64,000 bases of DNA from Isurus oxyrinchus (Eukaryota): the NCBI GenBank assembly GCA_026770705.1, contig JANJGN010000114.1:1178001-1242000 (forward strand), given 5' to 3'. Shown piece after piece: positions 1-12,539 of this stretch (the stretch's first letter is position 1; each line of letters opens with the position of its first letter). The notes under the pieces were generated by a model, which saw only the letters and a list, made by a program, of their open reading frames with translations, did not search any database and had not been told where the DNA came from. The position numbers and the translations under genes were made by a program.

Positions 1-209
1 TTGGCAGCTCCATTTTAGGTGTACGTGGCTGCTCATGACTCATGTCCTGTTCTCATCATTGAATCAGGAACATTTTCCTTTGAACGATTGGTAGAGTGAA
101 GTAGATTTCGAGGCTGCATGTTGAAACAATGTGGATGAATACTGTTCTGCTGTTGTGATGATGTATGTAACCTAATTGATGTCCCAGTACTGAGCTGTCA
201 TATCTGCCC

Positions 210-2680
210 TGAAGGTAGAAATAGGAGAAGGATTAAGCCATTCAGACCTTCGGGACCTCCCGCCAACCAATGAAATAGTTGGTGATATGCACATTTAACA
301 TGATTTTCCTGCATTTTCTCGTAACCCTTGATTAACTTTAGAAAACTATTGACATCGGTCCTTTGAATAAGCAATGACTGAGCCTCCACAGCCCCCTGGA
401 CCAGAGATTTCTAAAGATTGTACATACTCTCCTTTCAGAACTGCGTCCTCATCCCTGTCCTAAATGGCCTGTTCTTAATTGAGATAACGCCTCCCTTTTT
501 TCTCGACTCGTGATCCAGGTGAAAAGTCCTTCCAGCATCAGCCTTGGCTAACATTATTAGATTTTTTTCTTGTTTCAATGCTATCTAAACTCTGGATATT
601 AAATGTATTTTTATTTAATAATTCCTCATATGACAATCCCTCCATTTAATTAACTAATTTGGTGAAACTTCCATGCCATTCCCATTCTGCAAATATAACG
701 ATCAAATTGCATAAAGAAATATTTTACCTTGCACTCAATTTTTTTCATTCAAAAGCCAATATGCTATTTAGCTTCTTAACTGCTGGCTGTGCCTCCATGT
801 TAGCTTTCAGTGACTCATGAACAAGTATACCCAATGCCACATTTCCCGCTCTCTGGACATTTTAGAAACACTCGGTGTTTCTCTTTTTTTCTAACGAAGG
901 TGGATAACCTCGTATCTCTGCACATGGTATTCCATCTACCGAACATGCACCCACTCGCTTAGCTTCTGCAAACCTCCTTGCATCCGTCTCAAAGTTGTGA
1001 CTCCTACCTTGTTTTTTTGTCATCTGTAATTTTGGAAATATTACCTTTAATCCCCAGATCCGAATCATTGATATAGATTGTAAATAAGTGAATCCCAGGG
1101 AATTAATCTTGCAATTCCAAATTAGTCACAGCCTGTCGACTTGAAAATATTTAATGATTCCTGGTCTCTGCTTTCTGACTCTTAAACAGTTCACAATGCA
1201 GGCTTTAATACCACAACCCCTCCAACCCCCACCATCGCCCCACTCCCGCAATTTCATGCATCTAATGTTGCTTACCAGCTTCGCGCGTAGGAACTTACTA
1301 AAGCCTCCTGAAATTTTAAACATACCACTTGCAGTTTCACCGTGAACTGTTCTGCTTGAGCACATTCTCAGAAAATTCCAACAAATGTATTAATCACGAT
1401 TTCCCTGTTTTAAATCCATGTTGACTCGGGCTAACTCTCCGATTATTTCCTCGGTGTATAATGTTCACATTCTCCGTTAGGAATACTAGAATTTTCCTTA
1501 CTGCTGATGTCAGGCTAACACCTCTTGTTCACTATTTGCTCTCTCCTAATTTTCATAAATAACTTGGTTACATTCGCCACATTCCGATCAGCAGAATTCA
1601 TTCCAGAATCTATCAAATTTGAACGATGATCGCCATTGCATCTCCTATCTCTAAGCTACATTTTTCAATTTATCTGGATGCAGAACTTCACCTCAAAGGG
1701 AACCATTTGCTTTAAAGGCCTGTAATTTCCCAAGTATTATTTTCAAGACGAATATTAATATCATGAATTTCCTCGCTTAGAGTAGTCCCCTGCTCCTCCA
1801 GTGTTTTTGAGAGGTTTTAGCATTTTCCACCATAAAGACATGCATAAGATATTTATATAGCTTCCCGGTCATTTCTTATTCTGCATTATAAGTTATCAAT
1901 AATCCCCTGGTAATGGGCACATATTTGACGTTTATTCACAAGTATGTTCCTTTTTGCTTGCCTATAGGATATTTAACAGTACATATTTTAATGTTTGACG
2001 CTAGTTTAGCCTTATATTCTTTTCCCCTTAATTAATTCAGGTGTTTCTCAAGTGCCGGTGCAGATTCGATGGGCCGAATGGCCTCTTCTGCACTGTGGTA
2101 TTCTGTGTTTCTGTGAAGATTCTCTCTCTTTTTGATTCATCTTCGCTGAATTTGAAATGCTTCCAATTCTCAGGCTGGCTAGTTTTTTGCAAATTTGTAC
2201 ACTTCTTCATTTGATCCAATGTAATCCTATATGTAATAAATTAGCCATGGCAGAAACACATTCCTTGCTTGGCATTATTGCATTAAATTAATGTATTTTT
2301 GTTGTGAAGTATGCACTCATTCCTTAAGGTTAAGCTATTGACTGTCTACAATCATGTCTTTTAACGAAGCTTTGCAATAACAAAGTCAACTTGAAGATTG
2401 TGCATTTTAGATGAATATCCCATTGAACGAAAACACGTTGTGAATCAATACTTGTTTTTTTTTTAGCAATTTATGATCTCTCTTTCCTAATGGGTAGTTT
2501 ACAACAAAATTATTAATACTAGATCTAAAATTTCCAGTTTTCGAGTTGGTTCTTCAACGTGCAAGTTCATGAAACAATCTTACATGCACCCCAATATATA
2601 TACCTACACAACATTAGTACTGATTAGTATTTCCCAGTTTATAGCACCTTGAACATCCTCATGATTACTGATATAAGCCA
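210..2680 (-). mobile_element. Degenerate CR1-type LINE ORF2 fragment(s), antisense
   Basis: Reverse complement gives decayed RT motifs (K-x-x-DD near 1015-1035) and a CR1-type 3' tail near 220-270; a short sense CR1 tail is inserted at about 2050-2115. Confidence 0.55.
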
Positions 2681-2684
2681 GGGA

Positions 2685-4085
2685 AGAACAGTCCAGTGAG
2701 TCTCAGGTCAGTTATAGGGAAAATTAGTAAAAGTTCTGAAGGAGAGTCTCTCTCTCCACTTGGAAAGGCAAGTTTTGCTCAGTGATAGTCAGCATGGCTT
2801 TGTCAGAGTGAGGTCATGCCTAACAAGTTAGATTCAGTTTTTTTGAGGAGGTGACCAGATGTGTAGATGATGGTGCAGTTGGCGTAGCTTAAATGGATTT
2901 CAGCAAAGCTTGTGACAAGGTCCCACATTGGAGACTTATAAAGAATGCAAATGCACATGGGATTCAGGGTTATTTGATAAGGTGAATTCCAAATTGCTTA
3001 AGGTGAAGGAGGCAGAGCGTGATGACAGAAGGATGCTTTAGCAGTTGGAAGCCCGATACATCCAGTAGCGTACCACATGGATCTGTTCTCGGTCCACCAT
3101 TTTTTGTCAATAATATAAATGACATATTTGACTATGCGGGTGCTATGATTAGTAATTTTGCGTATGACACAAAGATTGGCCGGCTAGTGAGCAGTGAGTT
3201 TCAGTGTCTTGTTGATCAGGAAGATATAGACAGGAAGGTCAAATGGGCAAATAAGAAACAGATGGAATTTAACCATGAAAAGTGTGAGGTGATATATATT
3301 GGAAAGATGACTTTGTCAAGGAAGTAGTCAAAGAACATAATGCAAATAGGATGTTCTGAGGAACAAAAGAAACTTGGCGTGTGTGTCCATAGTTCCCTGG
3401 AGGCAGAGGGGCACGTTAGTGGTACTGTGAGAAAGGCTTTTGGGAGACTTGCCATTATAAAACAAGGCACAGATTAGAAAAGGAGGAAGGACATGTTGGA
3501 ATTTTATAGAACATTGTTGAGACCACAGCTGGAGTACTGTGTGCAATCCTGGTCGCCACTTGAAAGGAAGGATGTGTTTACACTGGAGTTGGTGCAATGG
3601 GGATTCGCCAGGATGTTGCCTGGGATGAAAAAATTTAAGCTCTGTAGAGAGTTTGGATAGACTTGCGTTGCTTTCGTTGGAACAGAGAAGACTGAGGGGC
3701 GACATGATCGAGGTTTACAGGGTTATGAGGGGCATGGGCAGGTTGTTTAGCGAATAGATGTTCCCCATATTTGAACTCTCAAGGGGGCATACGTTAAGGT
3801 GAGGGATAGGAGGTTTAGGGGGATGTGAGGAAAACTTTTTTTTTACCAGAGGGTAGTGACGGTCTGTAACGTGCTGTCTGGAAGGGTGGTGATGGCGTGT
3901 TGCCTCACATACTTTAAAAAGTACATAGATGAGCATTTGGCACATCATAACATTTAAGGCTATGGGCCAAATTCTGGGAAATGGAATTAGACTGTTAGGT
4001 CTGGTTGTAATCACGTGTCGCTGCAGACTCGATGGGCCGAATGGCCTCTTCTGCGCTGCGATGCTGTGATTCCGATTCCGTGATT
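2685..4085 (+). mobile_element. CR1-type LINE 3' fragment (RT C-terminal half + 3' UTR tail)
   Basis: DFSKACDKVPH, VPHGSVLGP..NINDI, FAYDTKIG, RPQLEYCVQSWSP, LRGDMIEV; tail gatgggccgaatggcctcttctg followed by short tandem repeats. Confidence 0.9.
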
Positions 4086-4724
4086 CATGATGATGGTATT
4101 ATTCTTGTTACATGCACTAAAATTTTCCTGAATTATTTTATCATTTACTTTGCAGTTGCTGTTTCATGCATTGTTTTTGGAGCTTGCTGTTTGCTATTCC
4201 ACCTAAGTTAATTCCATGCATTTATCTTCTTATCCAAGGTTATCTGTCACTACAGTATTAATACTGTTTTATTAACTGTGCTATCCACAACATCTGCCTG
4301 TTCCACCTGAGTGTTCAATGCCATTCAATAATCAGTTTGCAGCGATTCTTTCCTTGTAGCCAGGACACTGCAGATTTTATATCGGGGCTGGAAAACGTCA
4401 GTGACAAACAGGTAGTAGTAGGGAAAGGAAAGAACACATTATAATCACTGTGGCAATGTGGATTACAGATAATGGAAACTATTCTATACTTCAGTTTTCC
4501 AAAAAAGTATGTAGCTTATAAACAAAATATGCCCCTTGAGTGATTCCTACAATTTGACATACATAGCAGCCCAGTTCAATTTGTTTTAATGCATTAGCGT
4601 GTCTCAGGAACCCTTGCAAGCCTGTTATGTTCATTGTACTTACTTCATATCAAACATTAGTTTGTGCCTTGCAATACAACGACCAAGTAGAGGGCACAAC
4701 GGAACAGATAACAAGATGCTTCCT

Positions 4725-4910
4725 TCATTGAAAAAACAGAACATGTTTGAATAGTTCCCGTAGGTCTGGCAGCATCAGTGCAGATAATAAGAACTCCGTT
4801 TTTTTGGAACTGAGAAAAGAAGAAACATATTGGACTGTCAAGGTTAACTCTTTTTCTCTCTCCACGGAAGCTGCCAGTCCTGCCGAGTTTTTTCAGCATA
4901 TTGTCTACTT
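4725..4910. repeat. Palindromic relic made of two opposed PLE terminal-repeat tails
   Basis: aggtctggcagc (4762-4773) versus gctgccagtcct (4870-4881); both resemble the gatgctgccagacctgctgag tail at 7108-7128. Confidence 0.55.
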
Positions 4911-5032
4911 ATTACAGGCCTCCCCTGACTGCACAAAATTGCTTTTAAATTCCTTACATAATTTGCCACGTTGCTGATTGACAGATCAGTACTACGTCTA
5001 ACTTTGATACAAAATGAGATAAAAACTTTCAA

Positions 5033-7157
5033 CTTCCAACCTGATAGTCGCCCAACTTCGGACAGCTCGCTTCTACTTCCTACCCTAAATACACAAACAG
5101 AACTGTCCCGGTAGACCGATCGTGTCAGCTTGCTCCTGCCCCACAGAACTCATTTCTCGTTATCTTGACTCCCTTCTCTCTCCCCTCGTCCAGTCCCTTC
5201 CCACCTACATCCGTGATTCCTCTGTAACCTTACGTCACATCAACAATTTCCAGTTCCCTGGCCAACAGCTTCCTCTTCACCATGGACGTCCAATCCCTCT
5301 ACACCTCTATCCCCCACCAGGATGGTCTGAGGGCCCTTAGCTTCTTCCTCGAACAGAGGCCCGAACAATCCCCATCCACCACTACTCTCCTCCGTCTGGC
5401 TGAACTTCTCCTCACGCTGAACAATTTCTCCTTCAACTCCTCTCACTTTCTCCAAATAAAAGGTGTGGCTATGGGTACCCGCATGGGCCCCAGCTATGCC
5501 TGTCTCTTTATGGGGTATGTGGAACATTCCTTGTTCCAGTCCTACTCCGGCCCCCTTCCACAACTCTTTCTCCGGTACATCGATGATTACTTCGGTGCTG
5601 CTTCATGCTCTCGTCGGGACTTGGAAAAATGTATTAATTTTGCTTCCAATCTCCACCCCTCCATCATTTTCACGTGGTCCATTTCTGACACTTCCCTTCC
5701 CTTCCTTGACCTCTCTGTCTCAATCTCTGGTGATAGACTGTCCACCAATATCCATTACAAACTCAACGACTACCACAGCTACCTCGACTACAGCTCCTCA
5801 CACCCCGCTTCCTGTAAGGACTCCAGCCCATTCTCCCAGTTCCTTCGCCTCCGTCGCATCTGTTCTGATGATGCTACCTTCAAAAACAGTTCCTCTGACA
5901 TGTCCTCCTTCTTCCTTAACCGAGGTTTTCCACCCACGGTCGTTGACAGGGCCCTCAACGGTGTCCGGCCCATCTCCCGCGCATCCGCCCTCACGCCTTC
6001 TCCTCCCTCCCAGAAACATGATATGGTCCCCCTTGTCCTCACTTATCACCCCACAAGCCTCCGCATTCAAAGGATCATCCTCTGCCATTTCTGCCAACTC
6101 CAGCATGATACCACTACCAAACACATCTTCCCTTCTCCCCCACTGTTGGCATTCCATAGGGATCGTTCCCTCCGGGACACCCTGGTCCACTCCTCCATCA
6201 CCCCCTACTCCTAAACCCCAACCTATGGCACCAGCCCATGCCCACGCTAAAGATGTAACACCTGCCCCTTCACTTCCTCTCTCCTCACCGTCCAAGGGCC
6301 CAAACACTCCTTTCAAGTGAAGCAGCATTTCACTTGCATTTCCCCCAACTTAGTCTACTGCATTCGTTGCTCCCAGTGTGGTCTCCTCCACATTGGAGAG
6401 ACCAAACGTAAACTGGGCGACTGCTTTGCAGAACACCTGCGGTCTGTCCGCAAGAATGACCCAAACCTCTCTGTCGCTTGCCATTTTAACACTCCACCCT
6501 GCTCTCTTGCCCACATGTCTGTCCTTGGCTTGCTGCATTGTTCCAGTGAAGCCCAACGCAAACTGGAGGAACAACACCTCATCTTCCGACTAGGCACCTT
6601 ACAGCCTTCCGGTCTGAATATTGAATTCAACAACTTTAGTTGTTGACCTCCTCCTCCATCCCCATCCCCTTTCTGTTTATTCCCCCTTCCTTTTGTTTTT
6701 TCCAATAAATTATATAGATTTTTCTTTTCCCATTATTTCCATTATTTTTCAATATTTTTAAATCTTTTATGCTCCCCCCACCCCCACTAGAGCTATACAT
6801 TGAGTATCCTACCATCTATTCTCAATTAGCACATTCGTTTAGATAATATCACCAACTTTAACACTTATGTGTTCTTTTGTTCTGTTGTCTGTGACATCTT
6901 TTGATGATCTGCTTCTATCACTGCATGTTTGTCCCTACAACCACACCAACCCCCTCCACTTCTCTCCCCCACCCAAACACTCCCCCCCTCCCCCAACGCA
7001 CCACACACACACCCTAAACCAGCTTATATTCACCCCTTCCTTGGATTCACTCAGTTCTGTTGAAGGGTCATGAGGACTCGAAACGCCAACTCTTTTCTTC
7101 TCCACCGATGCTGCCAGACCTGCTGAGTTTTTCCAGGTAATTGTGCTTTTGTTTTGA
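5033..7157 (+). mobile_element. 5'-truncated Penelope-like retroelement copy 1 (RT + GIY-YIG endonuclease + 3' terminal repeat), disrupted
   Basis: ORF 5282-6214 has DVQSLYTSIP, QIKGVAMGTRMGP, LRYIDD, LPFLDL. ORF 6317-6646 has GIY-YIG NLVYCIRC..LHIGETKR..EH..LGTLQPSGLNIEF. Stops or frameshifts near 5086, 5262, 6212 and 6248. Confidence 0.93.
7053..7091 (+). ncRNA. Minimal type I hammerhead-like motif in the PLE terminal repeat (probably inactive, cleavage triplet GCC)
   Basis: agtt-CTGTTGA-a-gggtc-atgag-gactc-GAAAC-GCC-aact; stem I agtt/aact, stem II gggtc/gactc. Confidence 0.6.
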
Positions 7158-7249
7158 TACAAAATAACTCATTAGTGAGTTGTAGCAATATCCACATGTT
7201 CAATGAATCCAGTATAGGAAAGCAGAAGCAGTACACCAACATGACTAAT

Positions 7250-7880
7250 ACACCAGGATGGATTTGTTGTGGCCCTGAAAAATGACAGACATCAGGGAAA
7301 GAGTGCTCTGAATGTAACGCATGTGGGTGAAATTTATTATTCCTCTAAGGGGGGCTCTGCCGTTTCGTACAGAAATAAAGCTGATTTCCAGAGGAAAAAC
7401 GGTCCACGTATGATTAGCGAAAGAGACCAGGTGACGAAGAAAGTGCATTTGGTGAAGTAGTAGGTGCCAATTGCAAACACAGTAAAATAATTGATCTTTA
7501 GGTTTGTGGAAAGTAGGTATAGATGGGAGTCTAGGATGATGCTGATGCAGAGGAGCAGGTCGAGGGCGGAAGTGCAGGATATGGGACCGTCATGGTAGAT
7601 CCCTGTGTGCGCCAGTGAAGCCGACTTATGGGCAGAGCATGGAGGAAATAATTTCTATAGTAGTGTTGTGGAACGTGGCCCAATTAATACAGATGTGATG
7701 AAGGCGGAGGAATATGAAAAATCAACTGAGAAATTACAGGAAGCAGAATGGCAGGAATAATGATAAAGATTGGTGTGCATGACAGTAGCATTGTTATACG
7801 TATTGTAAACAGTCTATCCCCACAAATGGAAATAGGAAGTCGAGGGAGGAAGCGGGAGGCCTCACAGATAAGTCATGCAT
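7250..7880 (-). mobile_element. Old degenerate Penelope-like RT/EN fragment, antisense
   Basis: Minus strand 7810-7870 (cttcctccctcgacttcctatttccatttgtggggatagactg) resembles the LPFLDLSVSISGDRL codons of copy 1. Confidence 0.5.
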
Positions 7881-8569
7881 AGGGAGGACAGGAATTGAAT
7901 TATTTTATATAATAGATAGGTGGTCTATTCCAAGTCAACACCAGTAAACTAAAGGCAGAATAACATAGCAGTTAAAATATCAGAAATAATGTTCCCTTCA
8001 CATAAACAAAGGGATAGCTAGGACTCTTAAGGATTTAATATAATTATTCTGCTTTCATTGGAGAAATGCTGTAGATGCAAAGGTGATTTTTCCAATAAGA
8101 GTTAAGTTTCGACAGATGAAGTGTGTTGCTGTTACAAGGCAATTATTTGGACTGACGTATATGAATGAAAAAGATGGGTCGTTTGGGAAGCGTGGAAGGG
8201 GTCAGCGATGAAGCAATCCACAGAATTCCCAGTAACGTAGCAGGCTAAAAATCCACTTGTAATCTTGGTGAATAATAATTAATAGGGATGAGGGAGAGAT
8301 CGAGACTACCCATTCTGAGAAGAGACAGAAGTGTTCTCTGTCGAAATGGCTTTTCAAAGTATTGTGCTGCACTGGATATGAACGTAAACCTGAGGGATGG
8401 TGGTAGTGGGTGCCATGCCAGGCTGCCCTTAACAGAAGCTGAGGTGTTAGAAGGAATGGATTTCCAACTCAGTGATAGAGTTGTAGAGCGACTTAGTGTA
8501 TTGGTGAGGGATGAACTACAGAAAGATTGGTTGTTCCAGCATGGTCTGGAGAGGTAGACGGAATGGATG

Positions 8570-8970
8570 TCATAGTACAAAGAAAAGTACAGCACAGGAA
8601 CAGGCCCTTCCGGCTCCAAGCCTGCGTCGATCATATTGACCATCAACTAAAACATTTTGCACTTCCAGGGTCTGTATCCCTCTATTGCCGTCCTATTCAT
8701 GTATTTGTCAAGCTGTGTTTTCAACACCTCTATCGTTCTTGAGCCTTTGGAGTTCGCTGCCACATGAATTAGTACAGGCCAAAACATTGCATGTTTTAAA
8801 GGAAGAGTTGATATAGCTCTTGGGGTGAAATGGATCAAAGGATGTTGGAAAAAAGCTGGAGCAGGATATTGAGCTGGATGATCAGCAATGATCAAAATGA
8901 ATGATGGAGCAGGGTCGAAGGGCCCAATGGCCTACTCCTGCTCCAATTTCTATATTTCTATGTTCCTATG
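8570..8970. mobile_element. Two CR1-type 3' tails in opposite orientation
   Basis: 8570-8735 antisense tail (acagcacaggaacaggcccttcgg); 8750-8970 sense tail ending gggcccaatggcctactcctgctcc..tctatgttcctatg. Confidence 0.6.
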
Positions 8971-8974
8971 TTTC

Positions 8975-9530
8975 ACATAAACTCTCTCCCTATCTCTCTG
9001 TCTCTCACACACACACACAAACTCTCTCCCTATCTCTCTGTCTCTCACACACACACACATGTGCAAAGAAACACTCACTCACACAAACACACAGAAATAC
9101 ACACACAGACACAACATGCACACACACACAAAAATCACACAAACGCGCAAATGCGCAGACACACATATGAATACACATAGGCAAACAAAAAATGATTCAC
9201 ACCTGCTCACATAATTACTGTCACAAGCAGAGATACTCAAGCACACAGACAAAATCTCACAAGCACTCCCTGACACACAAACACACAGAAAAGCACACGT
9301 GCACACACTAACAGCAATACACATATATCAGGTACATAAACACACGTGAGTTTCCACATTCGCAGAAATTTTAAGATAAACTTCCGTTTTCACACACAGA
9401 AATATACAGGAATAAACATACACATCTCTCCCTCTCTCTTACACACACACTTTCATGAACACACAAATGAACAGACACACACATGCACACACAGGCACAT
9501 ACATACACATTATCTCACACACGCAGCCAA
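8975..9530. repeat. CA/CT-rich low-complexity and microsatellite tract
   Basis: Imperfect (CA)n; includes a 40-bp tandem duplicate at 8981-9059. Confidence 0.9.
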
Positions 9531-9884
9531 TGACTCAGACAAGGACTTTCAGGCACCAATACGCAGGATAATCCCACAATGCACATCACCATGTCTATAC
9601 AATCCATTGGATCCACGCGCACCTGTCCTCTCCGAGTCCCCCTTCCGGTGACCTCAGCAGCCCCAACTCCACATGCCGAGGAGGGTACCTCTTCCACATT
9701 TTAGGACCACGACAGCAGGCTGGGTACCTCCAGAGGCTGCCCGTCAAGGTAAAGACATTCAACAGGCTGTGTCCACTTCTGATCTGCATTCTGGGATTCA
9801 ACAATACGTATGGGCAGAGTTTGGGAGTTTGGGAAATGAACTTGCAGAGCCTGGGCAAGTGTGTTAATCCCTTCTACTTCACTA

Positions 9885-11270
9885 GTATAAATTAACTCCC
9901 CAGAATGTGCCTTTCCTGTGTCTCCTTGTTATGATGAGCAGTGTTTGTGACACTCGGATATGAAATTTGATAATCTGTATATTTGCAGCAATACATCCCG
10001 CCTCCTTTACTCGAATATTCCAGCTACGAAGGGCGACACACCATCCGCCTCCCCCATTAACCACTGCACTAGCATGCTTACCCTCAGTGGCTGGTGCACA
10101 AGGACCCCCATACCTCTTTGCCCACTCCCCTCACTCAATTCAAAGCCATTCAGATAACGATCTGCCCTCCCATCCCTGCGACCAGAGTGGACAAACTCAC
10201 ATCCGTCCCCAGCACACTGCTTCTGGCATGCAGCAGCCCACCCACTCACCCTGTCCAAATCACACCGAAGCATCTCCGCATCCTCCACACAGCTCACCCT
10301 CCCAACCAGAATCATGCCATCTGCAAATTCGGAGACACCACACCCAGCTCCCTCATCCAAACCATCGACACACACCCTGAATAACCTGGATGGCAGCAAC
10401 GACCCCCGCAGCACTGCTCTATTCACTGCCTGCCATTTGGTAAAAGACCTGCTCATGACCGCTCCCTAATTCTTGCCTGCCAACCAGTCTTCTGTCCATC
10501 TCTGACTCTGTCCAATTCTGCCACTGCTTCCCAAGGGCTCACCTACCAAATATTCCAAATTCAACTCCTGAATTCTCCACACCACCAATGTCAGCCCGAC
10601 TGGTCAACTACTCCCTGCGTTCTGTCTAACTGCCCTTCCAAATTTTGGCGTTCCGTTAGTTAAGCTCCAACCCGCAGGAACTTTACCCGACTCTATAGAA
10701 TCTCAGAATATGACCACCAGTGCATCCACCACTTAAAGGGCGACCTCCCCAAGTACACTGGGACGTAGACAATCAGGCCCCAGGATTCCACTGACCCTCA
10801 ATCCCATCAATCCCTCCAACACCATTTCTGTGCCCATACTGGTCCCTTACAGCTCCTCCCTTACACTCTAGACCCTGCTCCCCAACATTTCTGGCACGTC
10901 ACCCACGTCCTCCTTTGTGAAGTCAGAACAAAAGAATCCATCTAGTTGGTCAGCCACCCCTTCGTTCTCAATCATAAATCACCTGTTTCTGACTCTAAGA
11001 GACCCGCACACGTATCCACCAACCCTTCCCTCCTCACATTCTATAGAAGCGTTAACAGTCAGTTGATATTTTCCCGCAAGTCTACTCGCACACTCCACCC
11101 TCGCCACTTAATCAATCCTTTGGTGTTCCCCTGATGAACTCTAAAGTGCTCCCAATCCTCGTGTCTTTCCCTTTTTCCCCTCCAACTTGTGTGCCGCTTC
11201 CTTGGATCCAACACTATCCCCAATTTCCCCTGTAAGCCATGGATCAGAGACCATTGCTATCTCCCCCTTG
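9885..11270 (-). mobile_element. CR1-type LINE ORF2 fragment, antisense, with heavy sense-strand A>G substitution
   Basis: ORF 10007..10456 VCVDGLDEGAGCGVSEFADG..LRCDLDRVSGWA..CEFVHSG..QRGMGVLVH aligns to the CR1 RT pattern IYINDLDEG..ISKFADD..LQxDLDRLSEWA..CEVIHFG..QRDLGVLVH. Confidence 0.85.
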
Positions 11271-11499
11271 TGCCAGACATGAACAAACAAGTGTTGAAGC
11301 CACAAAGCGCCCCCCAAATATCCGTCACTGCCCATCCACCGTCATCCCTCCAAACAACGTTTCCAAATCCAGCATAGGCAGGCCGCACCCCATACCATCG
11401 CAGCCTTCTCCATTACGTTTCAGGACCCTTGTTTCAGATCTAAATATGTCACTCTCTGTCCTCATGAAAAACTCAACCATGTCATAGTCACTTAACATC

Positions 11500-12480
11500 A
11501 CTGGTGAGGGATGAAAGTGTAGAAGGACTGGATGCCCGCAGAGGGAGACGTGTAGAGGTACCGGATGCCAGGGGTGAGTGAGGTGGCCTGGACAAGCTGG
11601 ATGTCTGGCTGAGTAATGGGAATGCAGTCTTTCTGTGTGCCAGGCTGAGGGATGAATGTGTAGAGGGAAAATGTATGCTGTTGAGTGTCCGATGCGCAGA
11701 ATAACTGCATGCCCTGTGATGGATGGAGGTGAGGAGTGACTGCCGGTCATATTGCGGGATGGAGGTGAAGAGAGATTGGTTTTCCTGGTGAAGATGAAGG
11801 GGTAGAGGTTATGAATACCCTGTTGGTAGACGAAGGTGGAGATGGATTGAATTTCCTCGTGAGGCATGGAAAGGTGGAAAGATTGTGTGCCCTAGAGAGG
11901 AATGTAGATGTGGATGCGGCATTTAGGTGAAGAGGAACAAGATATCCATTGAGGGAATGTTATGCAGAGGGACTACAGGACGTGGCGAGTGATGGAGTTA
12001 AAGAAGGACTGAATGTCATTGTGAGGGATGTTGGCATAGTGAAACTGGATGTCTTGTTGAATAATATATATTCAGAGGGACTAATTGTATTGCTGAGGTA
12101 TGTGTGTGTGGAAGAACTGGATGCCCTGCTGATGAATGGATTTGCAGGGGGACTAAATGTTGTTGTGATGCATGAGGCTTAGAGGGATTGGGAAACCTGG
12201 TGAAGATAGAGTTCTATGGGGATTGGCTGTTCTGCTGAGGGAAGGATGCATCACATTTTTATTCTTTTGTGGTATGCGGGAGTGGTGGTAAATTCAGATT
12301 TTGTTGCTGATTCCTAATTGCCCTTTAATTATAGAGTTGTAAGGAAGGCTATTCCAGGACCTTAAACAAACAACATGGAAGGAACGGTGATACAGATGTA
12401 GTGCTATGTCCTAGTTGTTGTAGGGGAACTGGATGTCCATTGTGAAGCAGAGTTAGTGAAGGCCAGGATACTAGAAATGG
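11500..12480 (+). repeat. Degenerate tandem repeat, about 33-38 bp unit (gagggactggatgccctg..gagggatg)
   Basis: Recurrent ctggatg(c/t)c and gaggga motifs at roughly 35-bp spacing. Confidence 0.6.
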
Positions 12481-12539
12481 TTAAGCATGTTGCATATAGT
12501 CTGAAGAGAATTGTAAATGACTTTCAAAATATTAGTGAT

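Noticed and set aside
5463-6328. Long alternative-frame and antisense ORFs (285 aa +, 176 aa -), also 50426-51040
   Set aside because: By-products of the C-rich codon bias of the PLE RT frame.
8901-9651. His/Thr-rich ORFs
   Set aside because: Translations of CA microsatellite DNA.
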